A stretch of DNA of 64,000 bases from Tubulanus polymorphus (lineage: Eukaryota; Animalia; Nemertea). The stretch is taken from NCBI RefSeq assembly GCF_964204645.1, contig NC_134029.1, forward strand, positions 13,418,850-13,482,849, given 5' to 3'. The position numbers and the translations under genes were made by a program. The notes beneath the pieces were generated by a model. It was given only the letters and a program-made list of their open reading frames with translations. It ran no database searches and was not told the DNA's origin. Numbering within the stretch: position 1 is the stretch's first letter; each line of letters begins with the position of its first letter. Of the stretch, positions 1 through 12,356 are shown piece after piece.

Positions 1-696
1 CGGAAGAAGCATAGTATCAGAACTAATAAAAGTATAGTATCAACGACCATATTTCTTTAAAACAATTGCGGAGCTTTTCTTGAAAGACAATATAAACTTT
101 TACTCTGAAATTATTGACTATATTAAGGCATTAGACACTCTATGGAGGAAGACAATGTATAGCCACATAAAATCTGTAGTTAAAATTTAGGAGGTAAGTT
201 CAGAATCTTTCCTAAATAATCTCATATGTGTCAATGACCTCGAAGAATACATGTATCAAAATAGTTGCTCATCTATTAATTTCCCTGTAAATGATATGTG
301 ACTCCGGCTCTTAGCATTATTGTATGCAGACGATACTATTTTGATAGCTGAAAGTGCAGCTAATCTGCAGCAGATGCTTGATGTAACGGCTAGTTGTTGT
401 AAATTGTGGAAACTAATTATCATTACCAATAGAACGAAAGTGATGATATTCGGAAAGAAGCTCAAAGCGTTACCCAGCTTTTTACATAGACGGAAATGAA
501 ATAGAAACTGTTGAGATTTTCGATACCTAGGGATAATATTTAACTACAATTGGGTCGTTTAGTAAGTGTAAGGAAAGTATTTGTGAAAATGCCAAGGAAA
601 GTCTATTTTTGTACTTAAAAAGGTGAAAGAACCGTTACTTGATCGGGATGTAGCTGCTAAGTTATTTGACTCTATGTTTGCACCAATTCTAACTAT
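1..696 (+). pseudogene. Old, degenerate non-LTR retrotransposon RT fragment
   Basis: LLYADDTILIAE (ttgtatgcagacgatactatt, ~320-345), then YLGIIFNYN (~525-550). Many stops and frameshifts; interrupted by a younger copy at ~697. Confidence 0.7.
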
Positions 697-2037
697 TATA
701 TTATTATTATATGCAGACGACACAATTTTATTTGCAGAATCAGAATCTGAATTACAAAACAATTTAAATATACTATATGATTATTGCCAAGTAAACAAGT
801 TATTTGTTAACATTGATAAAACGAAAATAATGATTTTTGCAAGATCGAAGCAAAGATTAAAAAACCTTCCCGATTTTCTATTCGGTGATGAGACATTGGA
901 AAGAGTAGATAAGTACAATTATCTTGGAATTTTGTTTAATTGGGATGGAAAATTTACAAAAGCGAAAAAAGCAATTCACGACAAAGCTGTTCGAGCAATG
1001 TTTGCTATTATTCAAAAAGGCAGAAGATGTAATCTTCCTCCAGACTTACTTTTTAAATTATTTGATTGTTGTGTTGCACCAATTCTATTGTACGGGTGTG
1101 AAATATGGGGCCATGAAAATATCGATATACTAGAAAAAGTCCACACAAGGTTTTGTAAATTAGTTCTAAAAGTACCAAAATTCTGCCATAATACTATGAT
1201 ATATGGCGAGACTGGCAGATTACCTTTATCGACTACTATTAAACTTAGAATGATTAAATATTGGAACAAAACTTTGAATGCTAACAAGTCAAAGCTGAAT
1301 CTAGTAATGTATAATATTTTGTACGACTTATACAGAAAAGATTTATATGTATCTGATTGGATTTGCCAAATTAAGGAAATTATCAAGACCAGGTAATCGA
1401 TCTACGGTCGATAAATATCATAAAACAATCTCTAAAAGATAGATACATTCAGACATGGAGGGAAAAATTGCAAAATAGTGACATATGCGTAAATTATAGA
1501 ATCTTCAAACTTAAATATGATTATGAAAACTATTTATCCGTTGTACCGAACCACCTCATGTATAGTCTCGCTGAATTTCGGATCGGTAGCCGTAAATTAG
1601 ATGCAAACAAACTTAGCAATGTAAAAACATTGATAGAAACGAACGTATTTGTACATATTGTAGTCTTAACAAAATCGGTGATGAATTCCATTTTCTTTTG
1701 AGTGTTCCAAACTATACAATATACGAAGAGTTTTCTTAACACCTTTTTATGTAAATAGACCAAACACTTTTAAAATGTCACAATTACTTAATGCTGTAAA
1801 TAACAATATATTAATTAAACTCGCTGGATTGTAAATGCTGGTCTCAAGCTACTTAAGTAAAATTCATGTATACATTTCTGTTATCTCTATTATTATTCTA
1901 TTCTCTGTGTATCTCTGTTTTCTTGTTTTTAAGTTTTGTAAATTATAAATTTTATCGTACAAATTCTTGTAACCTCTATGTACCAATGTTTGGTTAGAGC
2001 GAAATAAATAAACCTAAATAAACCTAAACCTAAACCA
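697..2037 (+). mobile_element. 5'-truncated LINE (CR1/L2/RTE-X-like RT C-terminus, 3' UTR and tandem tail)
   Basis: ORF 623-1396 contains LLYADDT, YNYLGI, LLYGCEIWG and IYGETGRLPL. A frameshifted C-terminal Cys/His motif (ERICTYC...IGDEFHFLFEC) lies at ~1640-1705, and the element ends in an aataaa/(taaacc)n tail at ~2003-2037. Confidence 0.85.
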
Positions 2038-2224
2038 TAAAATTGTAACTTTATAACCTGGCTCTATAGCCTGATGTCCACATATGTTCATTGAAATATG
2101 AAGAACATTTTTTTCTCAAATTTTTTGAAACTGATACTGAATTTGTGTTGTATGCAATTAGAGGATGCAGAAAACATAGGTCAATAAGAAATATCATAGA
2201 TTTTTAGGGCTGAGGCACTAAAGG

Positions 2225-2470
2225 GTTAAAGGTCGCTTCTGTCGCCTTAAATATATTGACATGCATGATCCACAGAGACTTGACTTGATATTAAATTGTT
2301 TTGTGTTACACAACATCTGTTTCCTGAACCATGATGCTGTAGAAGAACAACTCAATGAAGACGTCGAGATAGAGGAACAGGCTCATAATGAAATTGAAAA
2401 TGATGATGAAAATGTTTCAGCTGTTGCCAAGCGCAGAGCCATTTCTGTCATGTTGTCATTGTACAATTGA
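2225..2470 (+). pseudogene. PIF/Harbinger transposase C-terminal fragment
   Basis: LKGRFCRLKYIDM...ILNCFVLHNICF followed by an acidic tail matches the DDE_Tnp_4 C-terminal LKGRFRxL...CxxLHN motif. Confidence 0.7.
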
Positions 2471-3124
2471 CTTTTGGAGTATGGTTATTGGTAATTTGTG
2501 CTCTACTGTAAAATCAAGGGCAGATCCAGAGGAGGGGGCTCTGAGGGTTCTGGAATACCGTCAAGCTTTGTCTATGCCCCTTAATCCATTAAAAGTGCCC
2601 TCGATTGGCATGATTTGGTGAGTAAGTGCCACTGAAAACTACAAGTTTGATGTAAAGTGCCCTTTTTTGCCATGATTTGACATAGAAAGTGCCCTCCCCC
2701 ATAATAGTGACTTCCCTTATACAATCGGAACCCCCTCGAGACAGGGCCCTGGATTCGCCCATGAAATCTAACTTGGTATTTATTTCATGTATTTTCTATT
2801 TCAGGTGTTCATTGGACAGTAACAAACAGCTCACAGTAGATTGAATTATACCGATTGATTTACAACCAACACTCAGTACCTTGCCAGGAATCATCGTTGT
2901 CCGCAATACTGTAAATCGCGTTCTTCAATATATCCGAGGGAACTGTACTTTTCAGGATAATTTCATGAATGTAGTTACATTTAAAATTTAACCAAAGTGT
3001 GATTGTGCACTTCATGTGTGATCTGTTGTTATACTCAATATAGATGAAAAAAATATAAGTACAATTGACCAGATACATAAAATTGTTTTTGACCTCTCTT
3101 CTCTACTTCAATATTAGTTGGCTA

Positions 3125-3287
3125 CAGTAACCTCATTACAGCAAATATCAAGGGACCAGAAAATCTGTTCGTTATAACTGATAGTTCACTACATCCAGTA
3201 TGAAATCAAATTGTTTTACATGGGACAAAATTCTGTTTGTTATATCTGATGAATCGTATCCGAGTTTGTTATAATGAGATTCCACTG
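3125..3287. mobile_element. Tigger/pogo-like MITE
   Basis: ta|cagtaacctcattaca ... tataatgagattccactg|ta: CAGT...ACTG termini with TA TSD. Confidence 0.6.
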
Positions 3288-5486
3288 TATTTTGCTTGGT
3301 GTTCTGGCTGTATTTTTGTCTCACAAGTGGGCGACATGACGGCATGCTTAAAACAAAGACAGTAAACCTCGCCTTACTCAGACATGGCAAACTTATGATT
3401 AATGCGGACTATGAAGAACTATAATCATTTTCCATATTCTAATTCTTAATTCAGACCAATTTGGCTGGTCCCAGTTTATTCTAGTAAGACTAACTGCATC
3501 ACCGATCTGACCAAATATTTTCCAATGTTTGTGCCGTTGAAATGAGAAACGGGCAGTCGTTGCTCCTCAAGCCCCTATGGAGAAATTGAATCCATTAGAA
3601 GACTTGATACAGTCTAAAAGAATGGAAAAATACTAGCATGATTGCAAATCAGTTCGTTTATTAAATGCAAAAAGTATCACAATTAAAACTGACAAACACA
3701 TCAGTTATTTTAATACTTCTGTATGACTGAGACAAATATTTAAATTCAGTTAAAACTTTTGCAGGTCACCAAAAATTAGAACATTATCAGGTTCCCTAAC
3801 TACAAACAATAATACTAATTCTTTAACAAAATTCTTAATGAACAGAAAACCTTAACAGGTCAACACAACTTGGACCACTATCAGGTTTGATAATTACTCT
3901 AATGGATCCAGATTCGCAAAACAAATTACTCTTAAATCAATTTACGATGAACAGAGTTAATTAAGAAATTAAATCGATTTAAGAGTTACTCTTTTTGTGA
4001 AACTGGACTCGGAAGTATGTTACAGAACTTATCAAAGGTGAGTGTGTGATGGCACATTTCCCATCACCTGCCTTTGATAAGTTCCCAGAGTGGGCACTTT
4101 TAAGAGTCAACAACCAGTATGCTGGGTGGGACACGGAATTAAAATTCTGAAATGAAAGGGGCCCAATTCCCGACCACCTTCATGCTGGATGTATCGGCCC
4201 CACTCCGCGCGGTTGCGCCACCGCACGGGATTTACGCGAAGCAGCAGAACACAAACATGGCCACTCTCTCAATTTTCAATGATAGAAATCGTGTGTGCAT
4301 TTCAATTATTTCGGCTGTTAGGGTTTTAAGGCACAATATAAGTTGATGATGTGATATGGCGATGTTAATTAATGATAATTCCGCAGTGAAGCTAGTCACG
4401 AACGGTGCCGATTGAGTGTACAGCTGCCAAAAACACTGAAATGTGCGTAGTTGCGTAACTATTTGCAGTGAATTGCAGACGAAACATGAAGCCTAAACGG
4501 CCGTTTAAAAAAAATTATACCAATTGCAATTGTAAAATAAAAATGAGAAAGAACCTAAGTTAAAATTCTGGCCATTTCTAAAATGTTATTACTAATTTTA
4601 AGTCAGTGCGGAACGTTTAGTTTTCCAACAATAATGAGGGGTGGTAGGTAGTCATGCAATTCAAGTCATCATTTATTACACGTTACTTCCATGTTGTTGA
4701 AAATCTCGCGAGTCCTGGACCAAACCCCAATGAACAATGTGATCTGTGTGCTGGCCACAAATTCACACAAATCACACTACACTACCCATTACACACTCCA
4801 GTACCAACAGCTTTCATATATCCATCCAAATATTTAGTGTCTTTCTTCCTGGATGTTGACTAAAAGAGGTACTTAGGGCCTTACAGGGTTATACATCAAT
4901 GGACTTAATTACAATAGTATTTTGAGGTAACTTAAAATATCACTGATTTTATGAAGGAATTACAAAGTGAGAATAATCCACAATTTCAATGCCTTTAAAA
5001 TTTATCAAGTTGTTTCTCAAATAGATTTATGTTTTTTTTGTTCATTTTCCATCAAATCTCTGTGCTGCTTTTGTAATTCCTTGATAAAAACGCCTCTAAT
5101 CCCCAAACAACCCCCCAATCCCAACTCTCAATTCTCATTAAATCCCCACGCCCAACTCTCAAAACTAATCCAACCTACCTCCAAATGTCGAGAAAGGCAA
5201 TTAAGGTTGGTAGTAACTCTTCGAATCCAGCTGTTGGCCGAACAGTTTTTTTTCTTAGTTTAGTTTAGTTTAGTTTATTGCTCCATATAAAATGAATATA
5301 ATGAGCACAGATAGTACATATGAATAGTGAAAATACAATTACAGTGACAAGATGGTAGCATACAAAATACAGACATTTACCTACGCACACGAACCCGTCC
5401 AGCCATAAATGTTACATATTAATATTGATAAGTGGTTTCACAAAACACCGGTTGGTCTAATCTACGAGCAATTACGTTTAGATAAT

Positions 5487-6020
5487 AGTAATAGGGGTAA
5501 TGGGCTTTCAGGCCAAAGGTCGAAGGGTCGAGCTCATTAAAAAACAAAACATTAAAAGTAATTTAAAACTATAATATATTTTCATAACCGTGTGTATTTT
5601 ATATTATAACTAAATATTTATTCTAAGATATTAATAATTTTAATTTTAAAAGCATATTTAATATGCGCGCGACCAATTGATTTATTTACAATACACAAAT
5701 TCATATAATCAAATATATTTTAATAATAATTATTATTCTATTATTCAACTGAAATACACACGGTTATGAAAATATATTATAGTTTTAAATTACTTTTAAT
5801 ATTTGTTTTTAATGAAATCGACCATTCAACCTTTAACCTGAAAGCCCATTACCTATTACTCTTAAAATAATCATATAAATGATTAACATTTAAATTGACA
5901 GATTATTCAATATAAAAGTATATATTTACAACATTATTTCGATATTCATATTTGTATGAGATTTTTAAACATTAAAAGTGTTAGTAAAGTGTGATTGAAA
6001 TAATACATATATAAATCATT
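5487..6020 (+). repeat. Left TIR of 6.2-kb element (includes palindromic unit 5487-5860)
   Basis: Reverse complement of ~11151-11720. The terminal motif recurs inverted, ending at 5860. Confidence 0.9.
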
Positions 6021-6060
6021 GAACTTCTAAAATCAATTTAAAAAAAAATTTAGTATTAAA

Positions 6061-6837
6061 ATGGAAGCAAATAAGTACTACTTTCCAACATAATAACGTA
6101 ATATCAATATAGATAAATCCCAAAAAGCAAGACACAATAAAACTAAAACACATTTAGAGAATAAATTGAAACTAGAATATAAAGATGATATATTAGAAAC
6201 TAAATTAGATGAATTAAAGAATGAAAAAGAAACATACAAATGTGATACATGTAATCAATCATTCAGTGATAAAAGATATTATAAAGATCATTTAAAATCT
6301 AAAAGTCATATCAGAAATATGAATAATGATATTTTAGGTGAAGATTATTTTGATAAAGATAATGATAAGAAACAGAAGACAATTAAAAGCATAAAAAATA
6401 AATTAAACAATAAAAGACCATACATGGAAGATGTAAGAAAATATATTAATTTATTGGATAATAAAAAAGATATAGAGATAACCGAAGCATTTAAAAGTGA
6501 TATTGGCCCAGCAGCTATCGAGTTTAAATTTCATAAAGGAAAAACATTAGAAGAAAATAAAAAACATTTAGAAAATATGTAAGAAATAATAAAAATAATT
6601 ACTGATGTTGAATATCATAAAATTAGTATATCAGTTAAAGTAAAGTTTATAAAATCTGAAGATAAACCAATATATGATATAAATTCTCATTCCCAACATA
6701 TTATTTCAAAACAACATATAGATGATAAATTAGATAAATGTTATAATGAAGTAAAAACTGAAATAGAAGAGAAATATTTTGAAGGATCTGGTTTAATATT
6801 TGATGAAATAATATTTATGACTTTACATGTTTATAAC
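6061..6837 (+). pseudogene. N-terminal fragment of Polinton pPolB (C2H2 zinc-finger region)
   Basis: Near-identical to the start of pPolB at 55194 down to ~54420 (MEANKYY..., YKCDTCNQSFSDKRYYKDHLKSKSH, MEDVRKYIN...). Has a frameshift, a stop at 6580-6582, and is cut at 6837. Confidence 0.9.
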
Positions 6838-6934
6838 ACCAATAAGGGTAAAAAAATATTTTAAAGCGTAAGGTTTCAGCGAACTCTAACTCTTTTTGAA
6901 TTTTAACCTATTTTAATAAAAATTTGATATATAA

Positions 6935-9207
6935 ATGTGCTCAAGATTAATTAAAGTTCCCGCGAAAGACATGAGTAATAAATATATAAATTCAATATTA
7001 TATTATTTAACTGTTAACAATAATTTAGCAGATATTTCAGGAGTAAATATAAATAAGTATTATAAATTTGAAAATAATGAATTAATTGAAACATCAGATA
7101 TATTTTGCGATAATATAATGCTATATAAAATCATGTTAGAAAAAAAAAATATTAAAGAAAATAGAACAACTTTTCTAAACGTTAATCTGGGAAAGATAAC
7201 CCATTATGAAATTAAAGAATGTTTTAGTCAAGTAAATATTATATTAGATAACTTAGCTATAAAAACTACACGTGTTTTAACAATTCATGATGATAATTCA
7301 AAATCATATATATTAAATAGAATTAATCAAGAATTAAAATTAACAGATTATATTGCTGTATTTAAAATTTCATTATGCAATCAAAATTTAAATGAATTAA
7401 TACAGAAAATGGATAATATTGAAAAATTATTAAATGAAAAAAATTAAAATATATTAGATGTAGATGTGACACAAAATTTTAAAGGATCATTTAATTCAGA
7501 TGAAATAAAATCAATGTTCGAAAATAGAAAATATAAAGTTCTAAAAGAATTTTCCAATAGTTGTGTTTCAGCATTACATAAGGATGATAAAATAAAGATC
7601 TATAATAAAACAGCATGTCAATTCAAATCTCCTGGTGTAAATATAAATTTCGGTTCAAATTTAATGAGTTACATTAATTGCTATCAAGAGAGGTTAAAAG
7701 AATCATTTGAAAAATCAATTGAAACAGGATTGATTAGAATTGAAATAACAAGTATTTCATTTAAAAGAGGATTAAAAGTGATGGAAAAAATAAAACAATA
7801 CTTAAAAAAAGAAAATATTTACTATTCACCTACATATTCACAACTTAAATCATTATTTGATGAGGTTCAACAGACTGTATGTATTTATGATTTGATTGAA
7901 AAATGCTTTTATTTCTGTTATTATGGTGATTTATTAGCAAGGAAATTTACAGGATATAAATCTAGGATAAGTAAAAATATTGAAGAGTCCTCCTTTTTAC
8001 TTATTTTATCAATGTTTACAATTAAGAATATCCCGTGTTTATACCTAACAATTAATCAAAATGATGATAAATCAGAATTCATTATTGATGCAAAAAAATA
8101 TATTAAAACTGAAGGAGCAACTGTTATATCTTCAACTAATTCAATGTTTACAGTATTGAATAAATTTATATTTAGATTTAAATTACGTGAAACAGGAATT
8201 AGTTTTACAACTTTAAAAAAGAGATACAATATAAAACCTAAACCTTTTTATAAATTAGATGCACTTGATATTGAAGAAGATTTTGATTTAAAATTATTAT
8301 CTAAAAGTGAATTTAAAAAGTTAGAAGAAATGAAAGAACTTAAACAATTACAAGAAGATATAGATGAAAACAGAAATAAAATTTGTAATGAATTAAAGCA
8401 ACAATTAGATATTGATAATGAATTATTTGAGACAGAATTTAAAAACTTGAAATAATTCCTGAAGTAAAATTAAATGATTATACTCCTAAAATATCTGGAA
8501 TTGACAATAATACAATTTTTGAAATTAGAGGTTTTTCAACTCAATGTAAACGTATAACAGATCTTTATTTCAGTTATATTTTAACAGATCAAGGCTTTTA
8601 TGAAACTACTACTGATTTAAGAGAATTATTGATAAAAACATTACAATTAGACGTATTAAATAATATTTATTTTGAAATGTCGATAGAAAAAATCATCGAA
8701 AAGTTAAAAATAGGTGTTCATAGCCCTGATAGACACTTTATTTTATCAAAATTAGAAAAAACTATGTTCCAAGTAAAGAAAATAACACACAATCATTTTG
8801 AAATAATTGATAAAATGGATTTTGAATTGATGAAAAAATATACTGAATATTTAAAGATAAATTCTAATGATTTTATAAATGTATGTGATATGCGTAAAGA
8901 ATCTGATTATTTAAGAAAAATGAAACTTAACAATATGAAAATTAAGCAATGCGAGCGTTTAGAACTATTGAAAGATAATTCTGAATATAATATTGATTTC
9001 ATTAATCCTAGATATTTTAGAAATAAATTGCGCCATCTAATTTTAATTCATAATGATGAAAATATAAACATATCAAATGAATTTTTCGATAAAGAAATGA
9101 TCAAGAATAATATAACAGAATATCAGGTGATAAAATTGATTACGCACAAGCAAAAATATAATTCTCAGCGGCATAAAGAATTAGTAATAAGTTTAATTGT
9201 TATTTGA
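6935..9207 (+). pseudogene. ORF X, ~757 aa if repaired; putative Rep_trans-like rolling-circle initiator
   Basis: Pieces 6935-7447, 7466-8455 and 8629-9207 are joined by one nonsense codon (TAA at 7445; TAC in the other copy) and one frameshift near 8440. The downstream frame is open from KLEIIPEV to 9207. Motifs: DVDVTQ(N)F, KIKIYNK, GLIRIE. Confidence 0.6.
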
Positions 9208-9361
9208 ATTGAAACATATAAATATTTAATATTTTATAAACTGTTTAATTTCTTTCTTAAATAAATGAATGGTTTCATCCCAACTGGGAAAAGTGATTTG
9301 AAGCATTATCTTGTAGCAGGAGGATTAATATTGGCCGCGCTTCATTTATACTATGAGAATA

Positions 9362-10873
9362 TTAGTAATATATAGTCTCAAATAATTCATTATCAATATC
9401 TAATTGTTGCTTTAATTCATTACAAATTTTATTTCTATTTTCATCTATATCTTCTTGTAATTGTTTAAGCTCTTTCATTTCTTCTAACTTTTTAAATTCA
9501 CTTTTAGATAATAATTTCAAATCAAAATCTTCTTCAATATCAAGTGCATCTAATTTATAAAAAGGTTTAGATTTTATATTGTATCTCTTTTTTAAAGTTG
9601 TAAAACTAATTCCTGTTTCACGTAATTCAAATCTAAATATAAATTTATTCAATACTGTAAACATTGAATTAGTTGAAGATATAACAGTTGCTCCTTCAGT
9701 TTTAATATATTTTTTTGCTTCAATAATGAATTCTGATTTATCATCATTTTGATTAATTGTTATGTATAAACACGGGATATTCTTAATTGTAAACATTGAT
9801 AAAATAAGTAAAAAGGAGGACTCTTCAATATTTTTACTTATCCTAGATTTATATCCTGTAAATTTCCTTGCTAATAAATCACCATAATAACAGAAATAAA
9901 AGCATTTTTCAATCAAATCATAAATACATACAGTCTGTTGAACCTCATCAAATAATGATTTAAGTTGTGAATATGTAGGTGAATAGTAAATATTTTCTTT
10001 TTTTAAGTATTGTTTTATTTTTTCCATCACTTTTAATCCTCTTTTAAATGAAATACTTGTTACTTCAATTCTAATCAATCCTGTTTCAATTGATTTTTCA
10101 AATGATTTTTTTAACCTCTCTTGATAGCAATTAATGTAACTCATTAAATTTAAACCGAAATCTATATTTACACCAGGAGATTTGAATTGACATGCTGTTT
10201 TATTATAGATCTTTATTTTATCATCCTTATGTAATGCTGAAACACAACTATTGGAAAATTCTTTTAGAACTTTATATTTTCTATTTTCGAACATTGATTT
10301 TATTTCATCTGAATTAAATGATCCTTTAAAATCTTGTGTCACATCTACATCTAATATATTGTAATTTTTTTCATTTAATAATTTTTCAATATTATCCATT
10401 TTCTGTATTAATTCATTTAAATTTTGATTGCATAATGAAATTTTAAATACAGCAATATAATCTGTTAATTTTAATTCTTGATTAATTCTACTTAATATAT
10501 ATGATTTTGAATTATTATCATGAATTGTTAAAACACGTGTAATTTTTATAACTAAGTTATCTAATATAATATTTCCTTGATTAAAACATTCTTTAATTTC
10601 ATAATGGGTTATCTTTCTCTGATTAACGTTTAGAAAAGTTGTTCTATTTTCTTTAATAATTTCTTTTTCTAACATGATTTTATATAGCATTATATTATCG
10701 CAAAATATATCTGATGTTTCAATTAATTCATTATTTTCAGATTTATAATACTTATTTATATTTACTCCTGAAATATCTGCTAAATTATTGTTAACAGTTA
10801 AATAATAAAATATTGAATTTATATATTTATTACTCATGTCTTTCGCGGGAACTTTAATTAATCTTGAGCACAT
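9362..10873 (-). CDS. ORF X second copy, uninterrupted 503 aa but 3'-truncated; putative Rep_trans-like nickase
   Basis: Open frame with ILDVDVTQDF, KIKIYNK (Tyr codon 10205-10207) and GLIRIEV. Diverges from the + copy after ...NELFET. Confidence 0.6.
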   Translation of the reverse strand: MCSRLIKVPAKDMSNKYINSIFYYLTVNNNLADISGVNINKYYKSENNELIETSDIFCDNIMLYKIMLEKEIIKENRTTFLNVNQRKITHYEIKECFNQGNIILDNLVIKITRVLTIHDNNSKSYILSRINQELKLTDYIAVFKISLCNQNLNELIQKMDNIEKLLNEKNYNILDVDVTQDFKGSFNSDEIKSMFENRKYKVLKEFSNSCVSALHKDDKIKIYNKTACQFKSPGVNIDFGLNLMSYINCYQERLKKSFEKSIETGLIRIEVTSISFKRGLKVMEKIKQYLKKENIYYSPTYSQLKSLFDEVQQTVCIYDLIEKCFYFCYYGDLLARKFTGYKSRISKNIEESSFLLILSMFTIKNIPCLYITINQNDDKSEFIIEAKKYIKTEGATVISSTNSMFTVLNKFIFRFELRETGISFTTLKKRYNIKSKPFYKLDALDIEEDFDLKLLSKSEFKKLEEMKELKQLQEDIDENRNKICNELKQQLDIDNELFETIYY

Positions 10874-11150
10874 TTATATATCAAATTTTTATTAAAATAG
10901 GTTAAAATTCAAAAAGAGTTAGAGTTCGCTGAAACCTTACGCTTTAAAATATTTTTTTACCCTTATTGGTTATTAAAATTGATATTTTCATCAACTCGTT
11001 AATTACTCGTTACTTTTAAACATAAAATAAGGATTTAACGCATATAAATATAAATATTCACTGTTTTAAATATGAATTATTTCACTCGTTAATTACTCGT
11101 TACTTTTTATATTAAAAATAAGAATTTAACGCATATAAATATAAATATTT

Positions 11151-11720
11151 AATGATTTATATATGAATTATTTCAATCACACTTTACTAACACTTTTAAT
11201 GTTAAAAAATCTAACTCATACAAATATAAATATTGAAATAATGTTGTAAATATATACTTTTATATTGAATAATCTGTCAATTTAAATGTCATTCATTTAT
11301 ATGATTATTTTAAGAGTAATAGGGGTAATGGGCTTTCAGGTTAAAGGTTGAATGGTCGAGTTCATTAAAAACAAATATTAAAAGTAATTTAAAACTATAA
11401 TATATTTTCATAACCGTGTGTATTTCAGTTGAATAATAGAATAATAATTATTATTAAAATATATTTGATTATATGAATTTGTGTATTGTAAATAAATCAA
11501 TTGGTCGCGGAGCGGAGCGGTCGCGGAGCGGTCGCGGAGCGGAGCGACCAATTGATTTAATACAATATGCTTTTAAAATTAAAATTATTAATATCTTAGA
11601 ATAAATATTTAGTTATAATATAAAATACACACGGTTATGAAAATATATTATAGTTTTAAATTACTTTTAATGTTTCGTTTTTTAATGAGCTCGACCTGAA
11701 AGCCCATTACCCCTATTACT
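11151..11720 (-). repeat. Right TIR of 6.2-kb element (palindromic unit 11315-11720)
   Basis: Inverse of 5487-6020. Inner AGTAATAGGGG at 11315; GC-rich (GGAGC)n centre at ~11500-11555. Confidence 0.9.
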
Positions 11721-11726
11721 GATAAT

Positions 11727-12356
11727 TACTCGTAGCATTGATTGAATGAAATTTTTTCCTGTTAATGTAGACTTCGCCATCTTTCAACTTAGCTGAAATG
11801 ACAAAGAGATGGAACATAGCCTACTGCTTAAAGGAATTGATGTAACTTTGTCTGCTATTCATATTGTACATAACGTGATCATTTGACTTACCAATAATAC
11901 TAAACACTGATGCTTCACACAACAGCCAAATATATCAGCAATTCTAATCCATGGATCCTGGGTACTACACTAATAAATGAAAATGAGTATTTGCTTCTGA
12001 TACGATATGTCCGAATTTCTTGTCCGAGATGCAGCAAGAATAGGCGTAATGTGATTCTCTAGTACGGCAAATGTCTGTCTGCTTATCCTGAACCATGATT
12101 TGAAGTCACCAGGTGAGTACAAACTCGCAACCGTTGACAGATAATTCTGTATACGAGGTTTCCGTCCATCTTTCAAATATCTTAATTCCTCGCTCAGTTT
12201 CAAATCATCGAAAAAATTGGCGTCACAGTATCTTATTTTCCTCTTCAGAACTTGTATACCCGTCTCCGGTGGACGCGTTAAAGACTGCTGCAAAACTGAA
12301 TTGAAGACAAAATTCTTCAGACGATTTCGTCTGACTTACGCGTCAGCCGCCGCCAT
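11727..12356 (-). pseudogene. PIF/Harbinger transposase N-terminal part, probably intron-containing
   Basis: YSPGDFKSWFRISRQTFAVLENHI...KQILIFIY*..QDPWIRIADIFGCCEASV, and downstream DGEVYINRKKFHSIN (~11735-11780), the Harbinger YxNRKxxHSIN motif. Confidence 0.72.

Larger units (their letters stand above)
6838..10970. repeat. 1.6-kb inverted duplication (arms 6838-8433 and 9375-10970, ~940-bp spacer)
   Basis: Arms are reverse complements with scattered substitutions and are both 1596 bp; the translated ORFs are nearly identical. Confidence 0.93.
5487..11720. mobile_element. Non-autonomous Polinton-family derivative (6.2 kb) carrying a duplicated Rep-like ORF
   Basis: Termini AGTAATAGGGGTAATGGGCTTTC...GAAAGCCCATTACCCCTATTACT are the same as those of the element at 37362-55684. 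Perfect 6-bp TSD GATAAT at 5481-5486 and 11721-11726. Confidence 0.92.

Noticed and set aside
2003-2037. Telomere-like (taaacc)n
   Set aside because: Only a few units directly after the LINE 3' UTR; it is the retroelement tail.
2515-2763. hAT-like MITE (caagggcagatcc...ggattcgcccatg)
   Set aside because: Ends are suggestive but degenerate and no 8-bp TSD was found.
8435-8455. Programmed -1 frameshift in ORF X
   Set aside because: TTT AAA AAC does not give an in-frame X XXY YYZ heptamer; loss of one A in a run is simpler.
9362-10873. ORF X as an HUH (Helitron/parvovirus) Rep
   Set aside because: No HUH motif or SF1/SF3 helicase Walker motifs are visible; the pattern fits Rep_trans better.
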